A DNA stretch of 64,000 bases from Poseidonia sp. (GCA_030827475.1 JAUREJ010000005.1:2128-66127); one strand, 5' to 3'. Positions 1 to 10,202 are shown, numbered from the stretch's first letter. A program made the numbers and translations. The notes: generated by a model from the letters alone, not told the origin.

Positions 1-1151
1 CCGTTCACGCCCACATAGAGTACACCTTCCTCGCTTCGCAATGAGAGGTCACTGCGCTCAAGACCGGGAAAGTGGAGGTGAATGCGTTCACCCTCTTCGC
101 TCAATTCGGTGACCATCCCCCGGTGAATCCGATGATGGAGCACCTGGCCCATGGCGTGAGGCCCAATGGCATCAGGGAAGGTGACAACATCCCCGTAAAG
201 CGTCCTGCCGACGTGACGAAGTGCGTCAACACCCACAATTTCGTGGTTAGCGAGGTCGAGCCGGCCCACGGTTACGCCTTCGAGTGCTGTTTCCAATTCA
301 TCAATACGTTCCAGTTCTTGTTGTCGTCGTTGCTGAAGGAACGGGTGGTCAAACTCGGGGGTGATTCGGTTGACGAGGCACCCTCCGATGGGCAGGTTGT
401 ATTCCTTCAACGATTGATGTGCACGCAAGGTTTCGTTGACACCCATACGCTCTGGAATGGTGACCAAGGTGAAAGCCGATGTTGAGGGGTCGCTCAGAAC
501 ACGCCGCACATGGAGCACCCTTCGGCGAAAGCGCTCAAGTTCCTCTTTCATGGCGTCGCTCTCTTTTCGCCCAAACAGCATGGAGCGAAGGCCGCCCGAT
601 ACACGCATCAAGCGCAGCAACCTGCCGGACCACGCTTCAATGAGTTCGGGAAGGGAAAGGAACCGCAAGGTGTGTCCTGTGGGAGCCGTATCAAACACAA
701 CAACGTCCCAGGTTGGGTTTTCCATGTGTTTGAGCAACTCGTCGAAGGCCAAGGCTTCGTCGAGACCGGGGAGAATCATGTCGGCGGTTTTGATGTCCGA
801 GCGTAAATCCTCCATCTCCTCTCTTGCAGACGGGTCCAGCATCATGCCGAGACCTCCCAATCCACCCATGCCGCCCGAACTCATGTTGTTCATGGCTTCA
901 CCAACCTTGGGCAATAAATTGGATAATTTCGCTTCGGGGTCCATTTCTAGACCAAATAAACCCGGAACACCCTCGACCTCGGTGGGAACGGTCCCCAACT
1001 CAACGTTCAACGAGTCCGAGGTTGAATGCGCCGGGTCACTTGAAACCAGCAGCACGCGAAGGCCCGCGTCCGCCAGCCAAACAGCCGTGGCGCACGAGGT
1101 TGTGGTTTTCCCAACGCCACCTTTTCCGCCGAACAACAACAGGCGAGCCAT
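1..1151 (-). CDS. ArsA/Get3-family anion-transporting-type ATPase, with the C-terminal end cut by the window edge
   Basis: My own minus-strand translation from the ATG at 1151 gives MARLLLFGGKGGVGKTTTSCATAVWLADAGLRVLLVSSDPAHSTSDSLN. Further on it shows VVVFDTAPTGHTLRFL and ends EGERIHLHFPGLERSDLSLRSEEGVLYVGVNG. It has the deviant Walker A, the SSDPAHS motif and the DTAPTGHT signature. The ORF has no stop before position 1, so it is absent from the ORF track. Confidence 0.85.
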   Translation of the reverse strand, partial: MARLLLFGGKGGVGKTTTSCATAVWLADAGLRVLLVSSDPAHSTSDSLNVELGTVPTEVEGVPGLFGLEMDPEAKLSNLLPKVGEAMNNMSSGGMGGLGGLGMMLDPSAREEMEDLRSDIKTADMILPGLDEALAFDELLKHMENPTWDVVVFDTAPTGHTLRFLSLPELIEAWSGRLLRLMRVSGGLRSMLFGRKESDAMKEELERFRRRVLHVRRVLSDPSTSAFTLVTIPERMGVNETLRAHQSLKEYNLPIGGCLVNRITPEFDHPFLQQRRQQELERIDELETALEGVTVGRLDLANHEIVGVDALRHVGRTLYGDVVTFPDAIGPHAMGQVLHHRIHRGMVTELSEEGERIHLHFPGLERSDLSLRSEEGVLYVGVN

Positions 1152-1240
1152 GGATGGCCGAGTTGGCCAAGGTGTTTGAATTACACCCTTGACCTCTTTC
1201 CAGCCAAGGGTTTCATGAAGGGAGGCATGCAGGCACGGGC

Positions 1241-2032
1241 ATGGTTTCAGAACTCGTGCTCTTCCAGCTCTCGAGTTTCTGCGCCCTCATCGGCATGACG
1301 CTTGGCTGGCGTGGCGTGATGACCAAGTTTGCTGGATTTTACGACCTTCCAACGGCCTGGAGTCAGGTGTTTTGGGGCATCGTCCTTGGAGGCGCCTATG
1401 CGGTCATGGCCGATGGTCTCCTCTTTCGCCCGTATTACACGACGGTCATCAGCAGCGACAGCGTCTACACGGGGTTGAACATCATCTCGTTGATGATCGT
1501 GACCCTGTTCGCTTCCGTTTTTGCCCACCTTTTGCTGCGACGTTCTCGAGTTCGACGCGGGGGTTCGCAGCCGACCAGCGGGTGGGCTCTCGGCCTAGCA
1601 ATCGGCGGCATGCTGGCCATGGTCATGATGTTCAGGATGTTTGAGTTTGAGGACATCTTCACGGTCGCAGGTCTTGCCAACATCGCTCTGGTATCGGTTG
1701 TGACGCCACGCGCAGAAGCCCTCATCACGGCTCGCCACGGGTACATGATGCTCCAAGGTCGCCGCTGGGGAGCGGTTTTGCGATCAGCATTTTGGCGGGC
1801 TTCTTTCTTGGTTGCGTTGTACTTTGTGGTCTTCCAACCCGTTGGTTGGGTGTTCATTTTACCGTTTTTGTTTCTCGCAGCCCCCTCGGCCGAGACGTGG
1901 ATATGGGAATCGGTTCCAAAGGAAGGACGGCGACGACTTCGGCGCCTTTGGGCGGAACAAGCACGTACTGCTCAGGCCGGTCATGCCCAAGGGGTCGGCA
2001 AAGACCTCAATGTGCAAACCGAAGAGGAGTAA
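1241..2032 (+). CDS. Hypothetical polytopic membrane protein
   Basis: 263-aa ORF with about 6-7 hydrophobic segments and a basic C-terminal tail (RRRLRRLW). It is divergent from the ArsA-like gene. I recognise no family motif. Confidence 0.5.
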   Translation: MVSELVLFQLSSFCALIGMTLGWRGVMTKFAGFYDLPTAWSQVFWGIVLGGAYAVMADGLLFRPYYTTVISSDSVYTGLNIISLMIVTLFASVFAHLLLRRSRVRRGGSQPTSGWALGLAIGGMLAMVMMFRMFEFEDIFTVAGLANIALVSVVTPRAEALITARHGYMMLQGRRWGAVLRSAFWRASFLVALYFVVFQPVGWVFILPFLFLAAPSAETWIWESVPKEGRRRLRRLWAEQARTAQAGHAQGVGKDLNVQTEEE

Positions 2033-2113
2033 GTCTTCCCTTGTTTGATGCATGTCGATATGAATGGGCGTGAGTAAACCCACCAGTTGACCATCTTTTG
2101 AAGGCGGGTAATC

Positions 2114-3745
2114 TTGAGGAATCGTTATACGACGCCAGCCGAGCCAAAGGGCATGGGTGCTTGCCCGTATTGCCGCAGCACGGCGCTGCCCAGCGATACG
2201 ATTTGTTATTCGTGCGGCCGAGTTCTTCCCCAAGGGGACCGCTCGAGTTACCGCATGGAACAGCAGTTTAGCATGAAAGGCAACCGTGCTACCGCCTACA
2301 AAATGGCTCAGAAGCCCTCCCAGCGAGGGGTTGTTCAAACCCACACGGGTCGGCAACGAAACATCATGAAGCGGCGGAAAAACCGGTTTCGTAGCGTCGT
2401 TATGCTTGGCCTGGTGGCCTTCGTTATGCTTTCACCACAAGCCCAAGAAGCAATTTTTGGAGAGTTTGGTGGCGTAGAGGAGTTCCTTCAATCCCAACTC
2501 GCACCCTATCATGTCTATCCCATCGAGGCCACGTACACGCTGGCGAAAAACGCAGATGTCTCGATGTCGGGTAGCGGAGGGACCGGTGCGGTCACGGAGA
2601 GCATTCTCATCCCTCCGCTTCTCCGATCATCGCTGACCTCGTCGACCCAATTTACCACGTTGGGTGGGGCCAGCGAAACACCGGCCATCACGCTGCAAGA
2701 AACGCTCGAACTCGGGTTGGTGGTTGACGGTCAGGCGATCAATGTCCCTGTTGACGGCTTGCCCGACAAATCGTACGCCAACCGAATCACGACCAACACA
2801 GGGCACGAGGTTTGGTGGCCGAGCGTCGGAACCGGTGACGAGAAATGCGCCGTTGCAAAATGCATCAAAGTCCGCGTCAACATGAACTCTGGCGACTCGA
2901 TACGGTATTCGTTCCAAGTGAAAGTCAAGTCCACTTCGTTTTCCTGGTGGGACGACGGGCGAGTCGACGCCCGCATTGCAGGAAAGTCCACGGGAATCAA
3001 CGTCGAGAATTCCGGTACATTTGCTGACATCGCCCAGCGAGGAAACGGTGTTCGACAAAGCGATTTTGGAGGGGAACAGTGGTACTACAGAGACCCGCCT
3101 GTAAGCAACCACGCCATCGACGCACAGGACGCTTTGGTCGTCAGCACCGCCGACGCCATCGCATCAAGCCTTCCAGAGGGTTCATCAAGCAACGCCTATG
3201 CCTTCGCTCGGGCCACGTTTGACTATCTCCACGCATACGTTTCCTACGACCGAGATGCTCCATCAACGGCCCGGTCCGGCCCTCAGTGCCTTGCAGCAAA
3301 GACCGGAGATTGCGACGAGCAAACAAACGCCTTCTTCAGCATCCTGCGAACCAGAGGGATTCCCGGCTGGTACGCTTTTGGCGTGCTTGGTGACCCCTTC
3401 TACTCAAACGAAGGTTGGGAAGCTCACGCTTGGGGCTACATCCAATTGCCCCTCAAAGATGCATGGTGCGAAGAACGGAACATCGTTCTTCAGAGTTGCT
3501 TTGTTGAAGGCCAAGTCGACGTGGTGAACAACAAATGGATGCTGGCAACACCAACTGCCTACGTTGATTGGGTCGAAGAAGCGGACCCGTCCGGAACATT
3601 GGCTTACGAATATTATCATCCGGTTCGGAGCATTACCTATGACTCAGGCAGCATTCAGCGGCAACGAAGTTTCGAAACTTTGGGAGACGTGGTGTTCTCA
3701 GGTGGTACATACAAGGTGAAAATGTATCCCGAAGCGCTTGGTTGA
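2114..3745 (+). CDS. Transglutaminase-like (Cys-His-Asp core) protein with an N-terminal zinc ribbon and one TM segment
   Basis: N-terminal CPYCRS..CYSCG, a TM segment (VVMLGLVAFVMLSP), then KTGDCDEQTNAFFSILRTRGIPGWY and EAHAWGYIQ, the transglutaminase-core Cys and His contexts. The ORF-track start at 2114 is TTG. An ATG at 2153 is an alternative. Confidence 0.7.
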   Translation: MRNRYTTPAEPKGMGACPYCRSTALPSDTICYSCGRVLPQGDRSSYRMEQQFSMKGNRATAYKMAQKPSQRGVVQTHTGRQRNIMKRRKNRFRSVVMLGLVAFVMLSPQAQEAIFGEFGGVEEFLQSQLAPYHVYPIEATYTLAKNADVSMSGSGGTGAVTESILIPPLLRSSLTSSTQFTTLGGASETPAITLQETLELGLVVDGQAINVPVDGLPDKSYANRITTNTGHEVWWPSVGTGDEKCAVAKCIKVRVNMNSGDSIRYSFQVKVKSTSFSWWDDGRVDARIAGKSTGINVENSGTFADIAQRGNGVRQSDFGGEQWYYRDPPVSNHAIDAQDALVVSTADAIASSLPEGSSSNAYAFARATFDYLHAYVSYDRDAPSTARSGPQCLAAKTGDCDEQTNAFFSILRTRGIPGWYAFGVLGDPFYSNEGWEAHAWGYIQLPLKDAWCEERNIVLQSCFVEGQVDVVNNKWMLATPTAYVDWVEEADPSGTLAYEYYHPVRSITYDSGSIQRQRSFETLGDVVFSGGTYKVKMYPEALG

Positions 3746-3754
3746 GGTGAAATC

Positions 3755-5167
3755 ATGAGAATCATCATTGGGGGGGCAGGTCGCGTGGGAATTGCTTTGG
3801 CAAAATCGCTGGCCAACGACAAATACGACATCGTCGTCATCGACAACGATTCCAGGGCTGTTGCTACAGCCCAAGGGCTGGATTGCCTTGTGATTCACGG
3901 CAGCATCACCTCTCGAGAGAAATTGCTCGAGGCCGGCATTGCGAACGCCGAAGTGTTTGTTGCAGCCACGCCTTCCGACGAAGCCAACCTCATTGCTTGC
4001 GCCATTGCTGAGCATGCCTACGTTGAAGAAGGGGGTAAATCGGCCCTCAACAGCATTTGCCGCTTACGAGATTCAACTTACATCGAAGAGTTCCGCAATG
4101 GCCATCTGACCAAGTGGGCAAACGTTGATCACGTCGTCAACCCGTTACGAGGGGCCATCGGACGATTGAACGCTGGCCTTCGTTCAACCGACCTTGAAGA
4201 AGTGGTGAATTTCGAAGATGATGCTTATGTTCTTGAGTTCGACGTCGCCAAAACAGCTCGTAACCTCGTAGGTCGCCCCCTCGGTGAAGTCAAAGAGGAC
4301 TTCGTTCATGGCTTGCCAAACATCGTCGGTGTGAAGCGGGAGGGTCAGAAAAGTTTCATTCCAAACGATGAGAGCATCCTTGAGATCGGGGACAGGGTCG
4401 CCGTGGCTGTTGTTGGATTTGATAAGTTCAATCCAGCCCTCATCACCTTTGGGCATGAGGTGAGAAGCTTCCCTGAACACCCGAAAGTGGTCATTGTTGG
4501 TGCGACCAAAAACGGTACCATAATGGCCGAAGATTGGCTCAAACACGATGCTCATGTTACCGTACTTGAGCGAGATTTGAATCTAGCAAACGAACTCTCG
4601 GGCTCCAACATTGGGGGTCATCCGAATCTGGATGTGATTCACGGCGACCACCTCGACAGGGAAGTTCTTGCCGAAATTTCTATTGAAAAATTCGATGTTG
4701 CTCTGAGTGCGCTTTCCGATGACCACGCGAACATCGCAGCCGTTCTCCTCCTTTCCGACCTCGGCGTTCCGCATACAGGTCTCATGCTGAACGATGCCGA
4801 TTTGGTGAAGGTCACGCAACGAATGGGGATCTCGTTTGCTGTTGACCGACACCGAGTTGCAGTAAGCAACATTTTGACCCATATTTATCAAAGTACGTCG
4901 GGTCATTTCGCCCTGCTTGCTGAAATTCCGAATGTGGTCGGTATCACCTTAGAAGTGACGGAGAAGGCGAAATTCGCCGGAAAGAAAGTTGGCGAGGCGA
5001 ACTTTCCAGATTGGCTTCGACCTGCCTTCATCAAACGACAAAACCTCTCCGGCTCGTGGAGCTCCTTGGAACCTCGGCCTGACGAACTGCTGCTGGAGAA
5101 CGACAGAGTCGTCGTCTTTTGTCTCAAGGAGAAGGTTTCAGAAGCCCAGAAGAGATTCAAGGTGTGA
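3755..5167 (+). CDS. trkA: Trk potassium uptake system NAD-binding subunit TrkA (tandem RCK-type)
   Basis: MRIIIGGAGRVGIALAKSL..DIVVIDND Rossmann motif, with a second VVIVGATKNG repeat. It is followed directly by trkH. Confidence 0.85.
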   Translation: MRIIIGGAGRVGIALAKSLANDKYDIVVIDNDSRAVATAQGLDCLVIHGSITSREKLLEAGIANAEVFVAATPSDEANLIACAIAEHAYVEEGGKSALNSICRLRDSTYIEEFRNGHLTKWANVDHVVNPLRGAIGRLNAGLRSTDLEEVVNFEDDAYVLEFDVAKTARNLVGRPLGEVKEDFVHGLPNIVGVKREGQKSFIPNDESILEIGDRVAVAVVGFDKFNPALITFGHEVRSFPEHPKVVIVGATKNGTIMAEDWLKHDAHVTVLERDLNLANELSGSNIGGHPNLDVIHGDHLDREVLAEISIEKFDVALSALSDDHANIAAVLLLSDLGVPHTGLMLNDADLVKVTQRMGISFAVDRHRVAVSNILTHIYQSTSGHFALLAEIPNVVGITLEVTEKAKFAGKKVGEANFPDWLRPAFIKRQNLSGSWSSLEPRPDELLLENDRVVVFCLKEKVSEAQKRFKV

Positions 5168-5169
5168 CC

Positions 5170-6816
5170 ATGCGTTACGACGTCCTCAACTTGATCTTGG
5201 GTTGGACCCTTGTCGCTCTCACGGTCCCGCTAATTGCGTGTTTTTTGATCACCTGGGCACTTGACGGATTGGAACTTGCGATTCAGGCGTTTTTACCTGC
5301 GGTAGCGATAAGCTCCGGTTTGGGAACCGTTTTGCTAGCGTTTTTTACGCGTACCGATTCAGCAGAACGTTTACGGGATTTGGAAGCCTTTGTCGGGGTT
5401 GGCTTGGTTTGGCCAGTGACGGTGTTTATCGGGGCCATGCCGTTCTGGTTTGGTGGTATGTTCGTCGGTCCACTCACGGATGGAGCAGCCTTCATCGACA
5501 TCGCCCGAGGTTTCGTGAATTCTTGGTTCGAGTCCATGTCGGGATTTACCACGACCGGTGCGACGGTTATCTCGCATTCCATGAGTCCGAATTGCATCCC
5601 TGGTGCCACGCCGGATTGCATCTATGCGCAACCTCGAGGCTTGTTGATTTGGCGTTCCCTCACCCAATGGTTTGGCGGAATGGGAATCATCATGCTCGGG
5701 ATGATGATCTTGAGCCGGGTGATCGGCGGGGGCATGGCGCTTGCACGTGCAGAATTGACCGGCCCGTCCCTCTCAAGGCTACGGCCAAAATTGAAGCAGA
5801 CAGCGTTTGCGTTGTGGGGGCTCTATCTCTTTCTCACCTTCACCGAATTTTTATTGCTCTACTTCACGGGAGCGATGGACCTGTTTGATTCGGTGAACCA
5901 CGCATTAACGACCATGCCTTCTGGCGGATACTCAACACGAGACAGCAGCATTGGCTACTACGATTCGCCGCTTGTTGAATCAATCATCGTGGTGTTCATG
6001 TTTTTGGCAGGGGTGAATTTTGCTCTGCTGTGGTTCGTGAGGGGCGGCGAATTCGGGCGAGCCTTCAAAGACGAAGAGTTTCGGCTCTACCTTGCCTACA
6101 TACTCATCGCCATTTTGGCTTTGAAATTGGCGTTGTACACCTCGGGTGTTGGTCTTACCACCGGGATACGGGAGAGCGTTTTCCAGGCCGTCTCCTTCGG
6201 AACCTCCACGGGGTACACTTCCACCAACTACATGGATGGTTCTTGGCCCCTCGTGGCTCACATTATTCTCTTCATCCTCATGGTTGTTGGGGCAAGCGCA
6301 GGCTCAACAGCAGGTGGTCTCAAGTTGCTCAGAGTCAACATCGCATTCAAAATCGCCATGCGTGAACTTGCTCGAATTGCTCAACCTCGTAAAGTTCAGC
6401 AAATTCGGATGAACGGTGAGGTGGTTGAAGATAAACAGCTCGGGCTCATCGTTGGTATGCTCTTCGTTTGGGTCGGTTTGTTTTTCATTTCAAGCGTGAT
6501 CCTCGCCATCTTCATGCCAGACGCATCGTTTGAGAGTGTGACCATGGTCGTGGCGAGTTCATTGGGGAACACCGGACCGACACTTGGTGATTACGGGCCG
6601 GAGGAAACGTGGGGGTCCATGAATTCCGGTGCTCTTCTTTTCACCTCGATTTTGATGTGGTTCGGACGGTTGGAATTGTTGACCGCCATTCTCCTGCTTC
6701 ACCCGCACAACTGGCGTCGTGAAGACAAATCCGATGGAGAGCGGCAAGGGATGGCCGTGGTGAAACGCATGCTCGACCGAGACGAAGATGAATCCAATCA
6801 AAACAAGGTTGTTTGA
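5170..6816 (+). CDS. trkH: Trk-type K+ transporter membrane subunit TrkH
   Basis: Polytopic protein with repeated pore-loop-like segments (SGFTTTGAT, FGTSTGYTS, LGNTGPTLG). The ATG at 5170 lies 2 nt after the trkA stop. The ORF track opens earlier, at 5119. Confidence 0.85.
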   Translation: MRYDVLNLILGWTLVALTVPLIACFLITWALDGLELAIQAFLPAVAISSGLGTVLLAFFTRTDSAERLRDLEAFVGVGLVWPVTVFIGAMPFWFGGMFVGPLTDGAAFIDIARGFVNSWFESMSGFTTTGATVISHSMSPNCIPGATPDCIYAQPRGLLIWRSLTQWFGGMGIIMLGMMILSRVIGGGMALARAELTGPSLSRLRPKLKQTAFALWGLYLFLTFTEFLLLYFTGAMDLFDSVNHALTTMPSGGYSTRDSSIGYYDSPLVESIIVVFMFLAGVNFALLWFVRGGEFGRAFKDEEFRLYLAYILIAILALKLALYTSGVGLTTGIRESVFQAVSFGTSTGYTSTNYMDGSWPLVAHIILFILMVVGASAGSTAGGLKLLRVNIAFKIAMRELARIAQPRKVQQIRMNGEVVEDKQLGLIVGMLFVWVGLFFISSVILAIFMPDASFESVTMVVASSLGNTGPTLGDYGPEETWGSMNSGALLFTSILMWFGRLELLTAILLLHPHNWRREDKSDGERQGMAVVKRMLDRDEDESNQNKVV

Positions 6817-8375
6817 CCTGCAGGTGGCTGACCATCTTCCTGTTCCGCCTCATCATGATGGGGGTGGACTGGCTCCTCCACCACGCGAACCGGCTCGCTT
6901 CGAGGCGTGGGGCGCCTTGTTTCATCCTCGTGTTTCAGCCATGCCGCATCGTAAGCCGCCATCAGCTCTTTTGAGGAGCGTCGCGATTTGGCCATGCCGG
7001 TGAGCGAAAGATGCTCCTCTGCAGTAAATCCAAGGTGAATCGAGGTGGTGAAATGCTCGGGGTTGCCCAACGGTGAATCCGGTTGTGCCAGGGTGAGGAG
7101 CGGTTGAAGGAAATCTTCTCTCGTCGCAACTTGGCTGGTTGAGCACCATTCGGACAATTTCCCGATCATTCCGCCTCTGCCTACAGAACCGCTGCGTCGT
7201 AGAAAGTTCGGATAATTTGGATACAACTTGCCTTTCAGCGGAACACGGTTGGCCACTGAGGCTGAGAGGGCACTGAGGTGTTGTGTCCAGTAAGTTGAGC
7301 GGTGTGCTTGGTTGATGAAACGCCCCATGAAGTTCCGATCGGCTTGAACCAGTGTCCGGCTGCCTCGCCGAACGCTCTTTGCGTCCGTAAAGAGGGATGC
7401 GTTATTCCAATGCACCCAGGCCAGGAAATCTTGAGGCTCTTTGTCAATGGTTCTGATGACTTCGGATGCTTCACTCGAGGCGCTCATTCTATAGAGGTTC
7501 TCGAGCCCCGGAAAAATTTCCACCGTGATGTCACGCTGACTGGCCTCAACGTGGTGGAGCACGATTGATTTTGTCAACGGTTTCCCGTTCAAGCCAGCCG
7601 TCATCACTTGAAGGTCGCGGACCAATGCTCTGAGGTCACCGTGGTTGGTTTGGGCCAATGCGTTGATGGCCTCATCGTCGAAGTCGATCTTCTCTTCCCG
7701 GAGAACCCGGCGTGCGATTCGGCGAAGTGCCTCGTCGCTGGCGCGTACGAAATTGATCTTCAGGACATGTTTTGTGAATCGGTCGCGGGTTGACCGCCAA
7801 GATGAGTTGCGCCCCCACAAACCCATTTCTTCGTTGCAAGCCAACATCACGGGTTGTTTTGTTTGCTGCAGCAGGCTGAGCAATTCGGCTTTTCCTCCCG
7901 AGTCTCCCGAGAGGGAGGCATTTGGACCTTCCTCGCCCGTCATCGCCCGATTGATTCGGTCTTGACTGACCTGGCGAAGCCCGCCGCTCAAATGGTCCAC
8001 TTCATCAAGCAAGACAAGTGTCCGAGATGGTGGGGCGTTGGGGTCGTGAAAGAGCGATCGGTGGATGGCTCCGCTCGTGGCCGCTTTCCGAATTGCTGCT
8101 GCGTTTCGGTCATCGCTTGCGTTCAATTCGACGACGTTCCAGCCCATGTCCTCTGCTATGGCCCGAGCGACCGTTGTTTTCCCAACACCTGGAGGTCCGA
8201 CCAATAGCAAGGCTTTCTTATTGGGAACGCCGTTCCGCCATTCGTCCAACCACGCACGAATTTTCCTTCGTTGGACATCATTTCCCTCCAACGATTGTTC
8301 CGAACGAGGCCGATGCCGCTCGGTCCAGTCGCTGGGTTGCTGCATCGTTGCAAAATCCGGTGGAGGGTTCTTCAA
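6798..8375 (-). CDS. rfcL: Replication factor C large subunit
   Basis: LLLVGPPGVGKTTVARAIAEDMGWNVVELNASDDR (AAA+ clamp-loader Walker A), LVLLDEVD Walker B, and a C-terminal QTTLF PIP-box-like end. Confidence 0.85.
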   Translation of the reverse strand: MKNPPPDFATMQQPSDWTERHRPRSEQSLEGNDVQRRKIRAWLDEWRNGVPNKKALLLVGPPGVGKTTVARAIAEDMGWNVVELNASDDRNAAAIRKAATSGAIHRSLFHDPNAPPSRTLVLLDEVDHLSGGLRQVSQDRINRAMTGEEGPNASLSGDSGGKAELLSLLQQTKQPVMLACNEEMGLWGRNSSWRSTRDRFTKHVLKINFVRASDEALRRIARRVLREEKIDFDDEAINALAQTNHGDLRALVRDLQVMTAGLNGKPLTKSIVLHHVEASQRDITVEIFPGLENLYRMSASSEASEVIRTIDKEPQDFLAWVHWNNASLFTDAKSVRRGSRTLVQADRNFMGRFINQAHRSTYWTQHLSALSASVANRVPLKGKLYPNYPNFLRRSGSVGRGGMIGKLSEWCSTSQVATREDFLQPLLTLAQPDSPLGNPEHFTTSIHLGFTAEEHLSLTGMAKSRRSSKELMAAYDAAWLKHEDETRRPTPRSEPVRVVEEPVHPHHDEAEQEDGQPPAGQTTLF

Positions 8376-8420
8376 CCTTCACCTCCATGGAGGCTGGGAA
8401 TGCGGTTCCCATTTGGAACA

Positions 8421-10133
8421 TCAGAGACGGTCAATCGGCACACGTAACTGCTTTCCGGTGTCACGATCTCGCAATGTGACCGTCCCGTCTTCGAGGGTTT
8501 GGTGATCGACCGTCACGCATTGGGGGATCCCAATTTCATCGGCTCTCGCATAGCGGCGACCAATGGAACCGCTTCCGTCGTACATGGAGAAGGTGCCTGT
8601 TCGGGCGCATAATCGCCGGTGGATTTCAGCAGCGGTTGCGTCCATGCCGTCTTTTTCATAGAGGGGGAAAACCGCAATGTCAACAGGGGCGACAGCTGGG
8701 GTGAATTGCATCACCGTGTAGGTTTCCCCGTTCTTTTCCAGCTCAGCATAGGCGTGGTCAATGACATGCCAGATGATTCGGTCAATTCCAAAAGCGGGTT
8801 CTATGACGTGGGGAATGAACCACTCGCCCGTTTCCTTCACCGTTTTCTTGTTCGGTTTGACATGTTCTGGGCCCACCACCACGACCTCACCGTTTTCAAG
8901 CGTCAGTGTGGCGGGGAAATCGGTGTCTTTTGACAGGGCTTCAACGGCGATTTTCACCAAGCCGGCATTGGCTTTGAAGGCAGGGCCGGCGGTTGACCCA
9001 TCGATGGTCCATGCATCGATAACGGTGGTGCGAGGCTCGTCAAACTCACGGCGGGCTCGAAGCGTCTTTCCAGTGGCCCGTTCATGACTCTCAAGGTCGT
9101 AACATCCTCGATGAGCGATGCCGACGCATTCAATCCAGCCATAACTACCCTCAATTTCAGCATCCCAACAATCCATGGCGTAGTGAGCCATTTCATCACC
9201 TTCGTGTTGTCTGAACCTTATCCGCTTGGTGTCAATACCAACCGCTTCCAAGAACTCGTGCGTGATGCCCATGAATCGTGCAACGGTTGAATGACGAATG
9301 ACACCCTGTTGGCACGCAGCACTCAAGGTCATCTTTACCGGGCTCTTACCATCAGGTACAAGCCACAAAGGCGTGGTGTCCCATGGCGTCAAATCGTCGT
9401 TTGGAGCGGATTCCGGGTCGATGAAATATTCCAATTCTGCCATGTTGAATTCCCGCAGGCGAATCATGCCTTGGCGCGGTGAAATTTCGTTTCTGTATCC
9501 TTTTCCAACCTGCATTGCGCCGAAGGGTAAACGCTCACGAAAGTGTCGGTACAAGGCATTGAACGAGGTGAACATGCCTTGAGCGGTTTCAGGACGAAGA
9601 AAACCTGGCCGTCCGGAAGCGCCTGCTCCAATGGTCGTGTTGAACATCAGATTTTGTGCTACGACCTCGCTCCACGAGGCTTCTCCACATGCTGGGCAAA
9701 CAGGTTCCTCCTGGGCCAGGAGATTTTGCAGGTCGTCTCGTTTCAGTGCATCTGGGTTTGGGTGGTAAGGCTCGAGAAGGGTGTCGGCCCGACTTGCTTC
9801 TTCGCAGGCCATGCATTGGGTCATAAAATCAGAAAATTCACCGACGTGACCGCTTGCTTCTAACACGGCGTAGGGCGTGACGGTTGGACAGGAGATTTCG
9901 ACCACGTTTCCCAGTTTAAGCCAGTGATGAAGCCATTCTTGGTTCACTTTTGACCGAATTCTTCCGCCAACAGGTCCAAAGTCGTAGAGGCCTTTTGAAC
10001 CGCCGTGAATTTCGAACGAGGGGAGAAGAAAACCGCGCCGTTTGAGCATGCCGTTTAAGCGGTCGAGTCGTTCTTCGTCCGTCACGGTGGTCGCCCTCGT
10101 CTGTGGCTGGGATGAGGCCTCTATGAACTTCAC
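8421..10133 (-). CDS. glyS: Glycine--tRNA ligase (archaeal/eukaryal dimeric type)
   Basis: 570 aa. RRGFLLPSFEIHGGSKGLYDFGPVG, GFLRPETAQGMF and RNEISPRQGMIRLREF are class II motifs characteristic of alpha2 GlyRS. Confidence 0.9.
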   Translation of the reverse strand: MKFIEASSQPQTRATTVTDEERLDRLNGMLKRRGFLLPSFEIHGGSKGLYDFGPVGGRIRSKVNQEWLHHWLKLGNVVEISCPTVTPYAVLEASGHVGEFSDFMTQCMACEEASRADTLLEPYHPNPDALKRDDLQNLLAQEEPVCPACGEASWSEVVAQNLMFNTTIGAGASGRPGFLRPETAQGMFTSFNALYRHFRERLPFGAMQVGKGYRNEISPRQGMIRLREFNMAELEYFIDPESAPNDDLTPWDTTPLWLVPDGKSPVKMTLSAACQQGVIRHSTVARFMGITHEFLEAVGIDTKRIRFRQHEGDEMAHYAMDCWDAEIEGSYGWIECVGIAHRGCYDLESHERATGKTLRARREFDEPRTTVIDAWTIDGSTAGPAFKANAGLVKIAVEALSKDTDFPATLTLENGEVVVVGPEHVKPNKKTVKETGEWFIPHVIEPAFGIDRIIWHVIDHAYAELEKNGETYTVMQFTPAVAPVDIAVFPLYEKDGMDATAAEIHRRLCARTGTFSMYDGSGSIGRRYARADEIGIPQCVTVDHQTLEDGTVTLRDRDTGKQLRVPIDRL

Positions 10134-10202
10134 CGAGTTTCTTTACCTCGCTCCCTTGTTTGTAAGACACATCATTATAGCAAGGGGCTGTGCTTTCCAA
10201 TC

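Noticed and set aside
72-1192. Plus-strand ORFs 72-485, 436-1179, 510-806 and 824-1192.
   Set aside because: Their products are low-complexity and Arg/Ser/Pro-rich. They are shadow frames of the clearly coding minus-strand ArsA-like gene, which I translated directly.
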